Below the pieces are notes generated by a model. That model ran no database searches and was not told the DNA's origin. It worked only from the letters and a program-made list of their open reading frames with translations. 64,000 nt of DNA from Tubiluchus corallicola. Its lineage: Eukaryota; Animalia; Priapulida. This document shows positions 54,132-64,000 of the stretch, piece by piece. The stretch is from assembly GCA_030141605.1 (NCBI GenBank), contig JAQGDQ010000496.1, positions 1 through 64,000 on the forward strand. The letters are read 5' to 3'. Position 1 is the first letter of the stretch, and each line of letters opens with the position of its first letter. The translations under genes were made by a program, and so were the position numbers.

Positions 54132-54307
54132 CTACTGTTGTTTACAGCCCTCTTTTTCCTTTTCTTTTTCTCGGGCTCGTCTGCCACCGGAAGGGTTTCG
54201 TCTCCTGTCTGCACCAGGCCCGCGTCGTTGTCCAGCTGCTGGCATGTAGGGGGGCACATCTGCTTCAAAATCATAACCATCTTCGCCCTTTGCCACCATT
54301 CCAGGCG
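54132..54307 (-). CDS. CCDC50: CCDC50-like last exon ending CKQQ*
   Basis: tttcag|PGMVAKGEDGYDFEADVPPYMPAAGQRR...REKEKEKEGCKQQ TAG. Confidence 0.82.
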
Positions 54308-57300
54308 CTGAAAGGAGACAAATGCAACATTAGGAAACTCCTTAGTTGTCCAAGAAATTGATGATGAGAATGACAAATTAAATAAGAATAACATAAGGGC
54401 TGATGATTCAAGATTATTCATTTAATCAAAAAAAACAATTGTTTAAGTTAATCCAGCAAAAAAATAGTAACACGATTATTGTAGCTGAAAAATATATCAA
54501 CATGATCAACGTGAGTGAATAACTGGGATAATTAAAAACATCTTGCTAATGACGACAAATTATGTATTTTTTATACAAGCTTGCATAAATCTTTGCGTGA
54601 TGTCTGCTTTATATCTGAAAACCTCATAAGATCTAATTCACAAGATGTGCTGTACTTGCATACGTTACTGATCCCAAAAATTAAAATATTTTACTTGATC
54701 TTGTCATGTTACATGCAGCTATTCAAATGTGATCATTTTGACCGACGAATATACCATTCTAGTCCTACTACAATACTTTTCCAGTTCAAAATTTAACAAG
54801 CAGACCCCCCTCCTACAATGCCAACACACAATACTACTAAAATGTTGCAAAGAATATAAAGTTTTACTAATTGCAATTTTAACCTGATTGCTAAAAAAAT
54901 GCAAAAAACGACAGTTATTCACATTTTCACACTTACAAGCATGAGACAATCTCTGACAACCATTGTATTTATGAGCTAGAGCCATAGGAGTCGCCGGCGC
55001 ACTTGTAGGTACTGATTCAGCCTGCTCAACCATCCTGCGATATGTTGGGTCAATTGCAGCTGCAATGTTAAACTGGCCAGATGATAATGTCTCACTAGGT
55101 GGCTGCACTTGTTTTCTGTTTAAAATAATGCATGAATTGGTTAATTTGCTTTAAAAAGTAGATACTAAGAATCTGATGTATTAACAAAAATTTGGCGTAA
55201 GCATCAAAAGAATTAAACTTTCAGACAACAAAGTTAAACACTCAATGTTTTCCAAACATTACAGAAGGTTCCAGAAGATTACAGAAACAATTCTACAGTA
55301 TAATGCGCATTTTTCCAGAAATTAAATCAGCAACAAAGTGGGGCTTGTAACATGATAAACAGTCGCATTCTATTAGCTCTCTTCAGTTGGAGTTGGGGTT
55401 GAGTTGACAGACACTAATGCTGGTTGTGGTACATTGATATTCAAAGGAGTAGTAGGAACAGTCAAATATTTGTACAGAAACTTTGACTTAAACTAAGAAA
55501 CTCAATACTTGAACAAATTCGAATAATCGTAGAAAAATTCAGATGCCGACAACAATGAACCATGAGATTTACACTTACAGTAGTGCAAACTAACCGGTTA
55601 ATTACACTTTAACCCACAACCTCGCACGTAAGTGACCACAAAATTATATAAAAAGTGTCAACAGTCATCAACCATATATACAGATATAATTAAACAACCT
55701 TTGTTACAACTGAGAGTTTATTTTAGTCTAGAGTACAAACCAACTATTATCTCATCAAACAGCTTAGTCATTAAGCACGAAATATAAAGCATGTTTGCCA
55801 CTCTATGACAGTTTTTACAGTTTTTTTGTAAATTTCCATCTTTGTTTGAAACAATTTCTTCAAAACATTGCCTACGAAAAACATGAGTTAGCTGAAGTAA
55901 CAAACGTAACAAAGTCAAAAAAGAAAAAATGTTAGACTACAAAGTTTAAAAAAGTGTACTTGACATCGGCATCGTCTGTGCTGTGTCTACTGCCTGTACT
56001 TTTCATGCTCCCACTTCCAGAAGAAGGTCTTAAATTATCACTAGAAAGTTTAGAATTTGGCCGAACAGCAGGATCATTTTGTCTGTCTTGACTACCGGAG
56101 GAAATTCTGTTAATGGCAAAATGGTAATCAAACATTTGTTAGCATACAACAGGTAATTACCGACATTTATACTGACAAGAATGACCAGGTTTAAAACCTG
56201 AAAAGGAAATATTAACAAGCACTTTTTACCTTGGAAGCTTTAGCTATGGCTTCAAGTATATGAAATGCCTACTGCAATGTTTTAGCAACAAACGACTTTG
56301 TCAAGCAACAAACTCCAGTTTTTGTATGGTAATAAGAACAATTCAGTAATGTCACAGTTGTCAGATTTCTATACAAAGCACCAGGGCATTACCTATCTTC
56401 CTTTAATCTGTCCTGCCTTTCAGAGCTGCCTTGTCGACTACCACCAGCAGACGAGTTAGAAGACCGTCCACTACCTTGCGAATAAGGTACCTCATCCACA
56501 GGTATATCAGGCAGTGCACGATCTTGTAAACTTTTAGATCTGTTAAACTGTAACGATGGTCCCTAAAACAACGAAAAACATGTAACACACCACATTGATA
56601 TGAACCAGACTGTTTCCTAACAGTTGCTTCAATACCTGAGCACTAGCATTCAAGCTTGAAGTGCCTAGTTTAAATCATGAGCTTGTATGAAACAGAAAAA
56701 ACTATAAAAAACACTGATGTCAGTTGAAAAAGTTCATAGCTCATGCTGAGTGTAAACTTACCGTCTCAACACTTCGATCTCGTTTCGTCTCCACAGACTT
56801 TCCTCTTTTGTCGTGCCGTCTTGCTCTAAGCTCTTCCTGCTCTTGCATAACCTTTGCTAACTCAAAATCTTTGACTATGACTTCCTCATGTTTCCCCCCA
56901 TCTACTCGCTGTGAAATGGGAATACAAATATGTATTTATACTAAAATTACTAAAGTACATACTTATATTAAAACTAGCGTATGCTATAAAAAAATTTGCA
57001 ATAGTGTATTAATGGACTGTAGTACAAACTATTTTTTCAAAACATGTCTGCAAGTACTCCAATCCATACTGCAAAGATCGATAAAATTGACATCATAATC
57101 TTTAACAATTCTAGAAAGATAATGGATTACCTTAGCATTGGAAGAGATAATTTAACAAGCCAATTATGAATTTCACTAGTAACAGCAAAAATAAAACAGT
57201 TTTTGTCAAATGTTAAGCTAATCTTTTGTACTTTCACAGCACTCAGCAAAAAGAACAAAACAAATTTATCTCAGTAGCAGCTTGGAGAAATGTGCCATAA

Positions 57301-60300
57301 TTTTGTTTATCAAATATTGGTAATCAGTAATCACAACTTTATTATTCATTCACTTATAAACTGCCACATTCTGTCGTACGAAAACCTACTAATGGACACA
57401 TATATCATTTACTAATTACTCAGCTTCTAAGTAAATACACACATAATTTTGTAAAACTATAACTAAGCAATGCTCCAAATGGCGACACTAATGCCAAATT
57501 CTGCTGAAAGTTGTTGTTGTGAAGACTGTGTACTTCCCTCAGTACCAATACATTTACTATCATCTCACTAGGTCTGTCATTATCTACAAATTACATGTGG
57601 CTCTATCCAACTCTAACCACCTATTCCAACCACGTCAAAGGTTATCAAACATTGACTAGTGATCAATTAATCTAGATCACTTGCTGACTGCTCAGCATCA
57701 AAAACTATTTTTGAAACGACATTCTTTGGTGTAGCATAATCAAGCTATGTAACCTCTAAACTCAACATGAACAAATATCCATCTTTTTAATCTTTAACTA
57801 TTTTTTAATTTTTTTTATTTACTATAGCTTAGGATCTTGTTAATTCTGACTTTTATCTGCAGCAAAGTAACAGCAATCCATTCCAAATTCTGGCTTCTGT
57901 TTCCAAAACACAGAAAGTGGCTCGTTCATGACTAAGTGGTAACCAACATTGTTTACTAAATATACTCAAACAACCTACAGAAACTTAACTGAGGTTCTTA
58001 GCCACATTTGCAAGCATATAGATTTATATTAAAAATCCTCCACTGCCTAAAATCCTCAACAAAGAAAATAATCTAAAACACTGTGGTAAAAAAAGCTGCC
58101 CAGAGAAGTTTTTCAGACATTATCCATCCATTTACTCACCAGGCTTGGTGTTGCTTAGCTTCAATCGATAAGTACACACTGTCTATGGCCACTTTGCTAC
58201 TCTTCTTATCATAAGTGCATGTCACTTTAGAAAAATGTCAGTCTTTTTATCTTTTTTTAACTGTTACTAAACACTACTTTTCTGACAGAACTATATGTAC
58301 ATGTTACATCTGCATACCTTACGTTCTTGCTCTTGTAACCTTCTTGCCAATTCCTGAAAACATTAATGAAAATTTGCTTATTTTGTACTTCAGGAGACAT
58401 TAAACGTATTTAATAAGCGGTATCTATCATAAAGACATTCAGTGTCGCAGTACTACAGTACAAGGACAAATTAAGGTCGTTTCATCTTATAACAGGAAGT
58501 TCTTAAAAATAAAGTAGCCTTGAAGCCAAAGTGTATAAGAGTGTTGTGTCTGGATATTTGAAATTTTCCACATTAGCTGATTTCACACAAGTGATACTGT
58601 ACATTGTTACGGGGCAAACACTGCAGTTAGTGAAGGCTTTTTTCAATTTTTTCGTGAAAAATCAATTTTCAATTTGTCTAAGATAAGCAAATGCATTTCG
58701 TATATAATTTTTCATGAAAGCCCATAACTGTCCATTGTGTGAGGAGTAGAAACCTACAAAAATTATCAAATATAATGTAATCGATGTGTAGTGAGAGCAT
58801 TTTATCATGAGCCCATGCAAAATACAGCAAACTCTTACCTCCTGAAGGAGTTTAACCCAATTTGGCTACTAATTAAATAACTTACTTAGATAAATCAGAA
58901 TAACTAAAATAGCTTAATTATACTGCAGCAGAAAGACATCCATTCTTAATAAAATGCCATATCTTTATTTACTAGTTATGTTGTTGTGATCTTTAATAAA
59001 CAATATTTCCAATAGAATAAGAATTACACTACCGTATATACTCGCATATAAGCCGAATTTAGAACTATAAAATACAATACTGAAATCAGAGGGTCGGCTT
59101 ATATGCGCATGAAACAAAAGGAACACAAGGACAGACACTAATGCCAATTTTCCAGCCACACATTTTCATCGCTATCTGACTCTTTATTTGGTTGTGTGTC
59201 ACGCAATGTATAATTTCTTCTAGTATGTAACATAAAAGTAAGCATTTTACATCTTTATAGTAAAAAATTTCTATGAACCAAAAATACCCAATTAACAAAA
59301 TGTGACAAAAAGGGATCAATTTTGTTGATTGGGTATGGAGTAAAATTAGACAAGTTGATGGTCGGCTTATATGCGGGTTTTTGCAAAAACTGGCCATTTT
59401 AAAGCACTTTTAGGGGGTCGGCTTATACGCGATGTAGGCTTATATGCGATGTAGGCTTATATACGGTATATAATGAGTAGTTCAATAAGGGTGTTGTTAG
59501 CAATGAAAGGTAGTGGACTGTTACAAAATCACTACTAAGCCACTGTTGACAGAGCTAACCACATGACAAGTTAAGCTGTTACAACAGTGAAATAAAGATC
59601 AACGTAACCCACTGAAGATCACTCACCTTATCCCTTTCTTCAAAGCTTAGTAATTTATTAGTAAACGGAGCAGGAATGTCTTCTGGCTCGGGAGGTAGCT
59701 GCACTCTGTCTAATACCTGATTTAACTGGTCTGCAGATGTGACTTTTACAAATGGTTCAGCTAAAAAAAATAACAATACACATTGAAATGAGATAATACT
59801 CTCTTGAGACTTGCAGAAATGTAGAATTAATTAGACAAAAGAAGCAACCTGTTGTTTAGTTGGCAGTGTTGAAAACTTGCATAAGTAGCGCACACCGAGG
59901 ATAATATTTCTGAGACAATGATGCATACTTAACAGTCGCTTTTAATGAATATTGAAAAATCGGAGCAGTCACACAATCCCTTCATACGATCAATTTTATT
60001 TATGTTACTGGATAATCGTTGATGGCTCGGAATTATTTTTCTTTTAATTCCTTAATCTTTTCCTTTCTGTTAAATGTTAGTATCCAATGTTCGTTTTATA
60101 GAGGTAAAAACACAGTTTTAGATTACAAATCGACCACTTAAAAAGCTGTCAGCACATTGCTCATACACATAGAAATGATATTCTTCAAACTGCTGTGAGA
60201 GACAGGATTTGTGTGGCAGTTTACACCAAATATTGATTATTAACTGCCGATTCTTAGGCAGGTTCTTGTCTGAGCTTATCATTTCTTATCCACTGGTACC

Positions 60301-62559
60301 AGTTTTATCTAAATACAATAAGTTACAGCAAAATTATGTGCAGTTAAAATATGAAATATGGATCAAGCACTGGACTGGCATCCAACTTAGAAACCGAGGC
60401 CTTGTTGCCTTAAGCAGGACAAATTTCAGCTGAAGGTTTACAGTAACTTCTTACTTTGGACATTTGCCTGTTAATGCCGCACAGAGCTTGTTATGCAGAG
60501 ATGAGATAATATCGTTTTACTTATGCTTTGTAGGCAAAATTCGAGGTAAATAATTTTTGGCACAGTTCAGGGGTATGGATTGATGCACCAAACAAATCTG
60601 TTCATGAAAGTTACTCGTGAAACGAGGTTATAATGTTAAACAGGCAAACATCTGACAAATCTTATAATCAAAATCCATCCTTAGCAGAAGCCAATTCAAT
60701 TCAATTTAGGAATTCTTAAAGAAAAGGCCAAAATTTCGGTATCTGTGAACATTGTTAGAAGGATTTAGTAATAAAAGTGTGATATGCGCCTTGTGTAATA
60801 AGTAGCTCCCGTTTAAACGTCCATTCTTTTACCAATCACGTCGTTCACTGGTTGAATAAAAGCAGTGCACTGTCAATTTTTGTTACAAGTATAGTACGTT
60901 CTAAGGAAATCACATAGGATAATAATATGTGAGCATACTATGTAGACACAGCAAAGTAAATGCTGACTAATACATTCAAATTCAAGTATCAGACAAGAAA
61001 AATTACAATACATCAACAGTATGAAAAGACTCCCAACAGTCATGAAGTAATATATTTTATAATCAGGTGACACTTGACGCTGACAAGATTTAGCGCAATG
61101 ATGTGACTTACTTCCGTCTATCTGGGCAAGCTCTGCTTCCAGTTGCAACTTTTGTCGTTTCTTTTCTAAGTCTTTCTGTCGTTTTTTCTCCTGGTGCCGC
61201 AAATACTTCTTTTGTTCTCGCTCAAACAGCTTCCTTGCCAATTCCTGAAAAAGAAACATCTTTTTATAACTAAATGCTGATGGTAAATTTACAATTTTGC
61301 CACTTCTACTTGACACAGTTGAAGAATCCACTGCAAATGTCCCTTAGTATGCAAACAAACTAGCCAAATAAAATATAAGTAAGTAATAGTTGTTTTAAAT
61401 CAGCTCAACAAGTCTTCCTGTACTGTATCAATTCTCCGGGGTGCTAACAAAGTTGGCACTCATTGGCAGCCATACCTGTACTTGGCTTAACAAGCTGGTA
61501 ACTCTTTCACTACTCTGACATAACCAAAAACAAACAAATAAAAGAGCTTAAAGACAAAATTTTTCAGCCTGTAACTACTGCATAAAACATGTTCTCTGTA
61601 ACTGAATGCAAAAACTGTTGTTCAAAGATTCAGTAAGTCATCAAGTACCAAACTAAAAATAAAAAAGCATATATCTTCATTTTTATGATGCTACTAAAAC
61701 TTGCTTATAACAAGCTAGCCACACTTTGCTATAAAATGTTTCAATACACTACAGACAGCGCTATAAAGTGGACTATTAATTAAAATATGCACTCTGCAAA
61801 AGTCAGTAGTAAAATGCAGAGATAAAAGCAAATCTCAGAGGTACTGTTAAATCTTGTTTAGTTGCAACACTGACATTAAGCCTAGTGTTTTAAAGGCAGT
61901 AATACTGCATCAAATTTAAGTTAAGTTTGGTCATTAGCTGAATAGTCAATAGATGAACAAAGCTTAGTAAAACTTTGGAATGGGGGAAATGTCAAAATAA
62001 TTGTCACCCATTGCACTAAGTTTACCTTTTTGGGGTTTAGTTGAATAGATTTTTCGCTGTTAGTTCATGCCTAGGCTACCTGCCTATAAACTATTATAAA
62101 ATGCTGTTGGACTGTTAATAGTACTTTTTTGCGCCAAAGTCAAAGTACCAAATTTGATAGAAATGATCGCAGCTCATTTGAACTTCCACTGATCAAATAC
62201 ACGAAAGAGCCAACTTCTAGGAATCAACATGTTGTTTACCTGCGCTAACAAACATGTTGATTCCACTGATCCATTAATAAACAGTAACTGCTCACTTTAG
62301 TATTGCAGATCAAAGATGAAAGTGACAAGACTAGCTATTAAAATCTGACGACGACGATGATAAAAATTATTATGGGCAAGAAGAATTCAGTACTTTCAAT
62401 GAATCATCTCAAATTTTAAACCTTTCAAAACATTTCCTAATAACATTTACTAGGAACAGGAATACCTCGTCTTGAACTTCTATACTCTTCTGCTGAGCAA
62501 GCTCTTCTTTTAGCATAGCTTCTTGAAGTTCCATAGCTACTTTCTCATCTTGCTGTTCT
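54132..62559 (-). CDS. CCDC50: CCDC50 (Ymer)-like coiled-coil/MIU ubiquitin-binding protein, 3' portion (9 exons, ~404 aa; 5' exons not identified here)
   Basis: Exons (minus): 62559-62466, 61244-61112, 59760-59627, 58353-58318, 56908-56762, 56562-56393, 56106-55960, 55115-54937, 54307-54132. All GT-AG and phase-consistent. EQQDEKVAMELQEAMLKEELAQQKSIEVQDE-ELARKLFEREQKK aligns by eye with human CCDC50 EQQDCEIAQEIQEK...KDEDIARLLQEKE. Further MIU-like repeats and an NIAAAIDPTY motif; ends CKQQ*. Confidence 0.82.
54937..55115 (-). CDS. CCDC50: CCDC50-like exon with NIAAAIDPTY motif
   Basis: aaacag|...FNIAAAIDPTYRR...|gtaagt. Confidence 0.82.
55960..56106 (-). CDS. CCDC50: CCDC50-like exon (Ser-rich)
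   Basis: taacag|ISSGSQDRQND...STDDADV|gtacac; phase 2-2. Confidence 0.75.
56393..56562 (-). CDS. CCDC50: CCDC50-like exon (disordered)
   Basis: ttttag|GPSLQFNRSKSLQDRALPDIP...|gtaatg. Confidence 0.8.
56762..56908 (-). CDS. CCDC50: CCDC50-like exon
   Basis: tcacag|RVDGGKHEEVIVKDFELAKVMQEQEELRARR...|gtaagt. Confidence 0.85.
58318..58353 (-). CDS. CCDC50: CCDC50-like 36-nt exon (MIU core)
   Basis: tttcag|ELARRLQEQERK|gtatgc. Confidence 0.85.
59032..59466. mobile_element. Tc1/mariner (pogo/Tc2-like) MITE with TA target-site duplication
   Basis: TA|CCGTATATACTCGCATATAAGCCGA ... TCGGCTTATA..ATACGG|TA; internal GGGTCGGCTTATA repeats. Confidence 0.88.
59627..59760 (-). CDS. CCDC50: CCDC50-like exon
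   Basis: ttttag|EPFVKVTSADQL...LSFEERDK|gtgagt. Confidence 0.85.
61112..61244 (-). CDS. CCDC50: CCDC50-like exon
   Basis: tttcag|ELARKLFEREQKKYLRHQEKKRQK...IDG|gtaagt. Confidence 0.88.
62466..62559 (-). CDS. CCDC50: CCDC50-like exon (coiled coil, MIU-like 1)
   Basis: gtttttgttag|EQQDEKVAMELQEAMLKEELAQQKSIEVQDE|gtattc. Confidence 0.85.
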
Positions 62560-62864
62560 CTAACAAAAACAAACAAAAATTTTGTTGTGACGATCTAATA
62601 AGTGCAAAAGTGATTGTCTGGACAGGAAAATTTCCCTCTCTTAGCAAAAAAGGAGAGAATTCATATTTTAAACATGTAGAGAGTTCCCGCTTTGAATTGG
62701 AACACCACTTTTTAGGGAAAGTTCTCATTTGTCCAGCTGTGGCACAGCAGCCAATACCTACATCAAATGATAACTCTTGAACTTAACTTCATATTGCATT
62801 TATTCTAAACAGAATCCACTAACTCGGTGTTTTTCACCTTTGTGTCTGGAACCTCAACAACGTA

Positions 62865-63385
62865 GCGGCCATCCACATATAACGATATCAACTTTAGGGT
62901 AGGCAGGTGGTAGGAGACATGATAACACCATTGTAATGCAAGGTAGGTAGGTGATTTAGTCGTGAAATCCCTTAATCTCCTTATATTGATATCGGTATCA
63001 CACTGATGTAACTTTTTGTACATTTTATTCTTCCTCAAGGACAGGCAACAATATCACTTGTGTAGGTAGGTATCTGACTTCACGCTTTTTTCACACGTGT
63101 GCACCAGCAGCAGACAAAGCTAAAAGGGTGTAGCCCAATTTGGGACTGCCACCGCTTCCAGCAGCGATGCCAGTAGAATCCACTGATGGCTTCCCGTTAA
63201 TTAACAGGTGATATTGTTGCCTGCCCTCGGGAGGAGGAAAAATAAAATGTAAAAAAGTTACATCGGTGAGATATCAATATCAATATAAGGCCATTTAGGG
63301 TAGGTAGGTGATGGGGCATATGATAACGCAAGGTGGGTCCTCAAAATCGGCCAAAAATTTGATATCGTTATATGTGGATGGCCCC
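62865..63385. mobile_element. PIF/Harbinger-like MITE containing an inner inverted-repeat unit
   Basis: TIR G(C/G)GGCCATCCACATATAACGATATC at both ends, flanked by GTA/TTA (TWA-like TSD); inner arms 62980-63060 and 63205-63290. Confidence 0.82.
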
Positions 63386-64000
63386 TTATTGGAAAATCAG
63401 TGTACTTCCAAGTATCAGCTTCATATGATGCACTGGCTGAATGAGTGAAAAGGAAAAGATGTTCTCACTAACTGTTACACATTTTAAAACAATGTTATTT
63501 TCCCATAATTTTCACACGGAAATTTTAGGCAAATTCCAGAATTTTCACTAATTTTGCCAATAGTATATAAACATTTTTCAAAAAAATAAGCAAATGGTTT
63601 TTAATAGAAGAGTTTTGTTCAAGAAAACTGGATTATTTAGTTACTTCTGCTCTATTTAGGCTGCATGTGGATGTACAAAAAATTATAAATTTCAATTATT
63701 GGATAAGTCAGTTCTTTGCTCATCTTAGACAAAATCATTCAAGCCACTTGTGAGTTATGCAATGTTTATTGCACTGTACAGCTTTAACAGAAAAAGTTTG
63801 TCCAGTTTATGTTCATTATTCGTTTAACGTCGATTGTGATGTTTCTAGGTGTTGCTATAGCACATGGTGAGAAAAGCTTGCCAAAGTCACTTATACATCT
63901 CACAGATGTGGGTGTATTGACAGAATGGACTTGCTCAGCTTTCTGTCTGATTCTATGAGTCCCAAAGCAAAAAGGTGGAGAAACATTTACTATCACCAAT

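Noticed and set aside
55373-55492. Pro/Thr-rich minus-strand frame as an alternative CCDC50 last exon
   Set aside because: Open only in phase 0, whereas the preceding exon ends in phase 2.
58134-58190. Extra CCDC50 exon ending at a GTGAGT donor
   Set aside because: No nearby acceptor gives an open phase 0-0 exon.
63784-63999. Possible upstream CCDC50 exon near the window end
   Set aside because: No resemblance to the CCDC50 N-terminal domain and no convincing phase-2 donor.

Overview
AT-rich, intron-rich animal genomic DNA. The repeat landscape suggests a marine invertebrate, possibly a lophotrochozoan (inference). The window holds two convergent protein-coding genes. (1) A complete P5B-type P-type ATPase (ATP13A3/ATP13A2-like putative polyamine transporter) on +. 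I assembled it by hand as 32 phase-consistent coding exons from ~6679 to 46318 (~1288 aa). It has TGES, DKTGTLT, KGSPE, TGDN and GDGANDCG motifs, one GC-AG intron, and uncertain first and last exons. (2) The 3' nine exons of a CCDC50/Ymer-like MIU ubiquitin-binding protein on - (62559 to 54132), whose 5' end is not identified in the window. Introns and flanks carry very long purine/pyrimidine microsatellites, mini-satellites, several MITE/foldback DNA elements, a non-autonomous hAT-like element with a transposase remnant, CR1/L2 LINE fragments, a tRNA-derived SINE and Penelope-type hammerhead-like remnants. Most notable: the ATPase has a remodelled polyamine pocket (PPVLP plus loss of two acidic residues), the CCDC50-like protein ends in a basic stretch plus CKQQ farnesylation motif with four MIU-like helices, and the two genes echo the human 3q28-q29 CCDC50-ATP13A linkage. 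All calls were made by eye; no searches were run.
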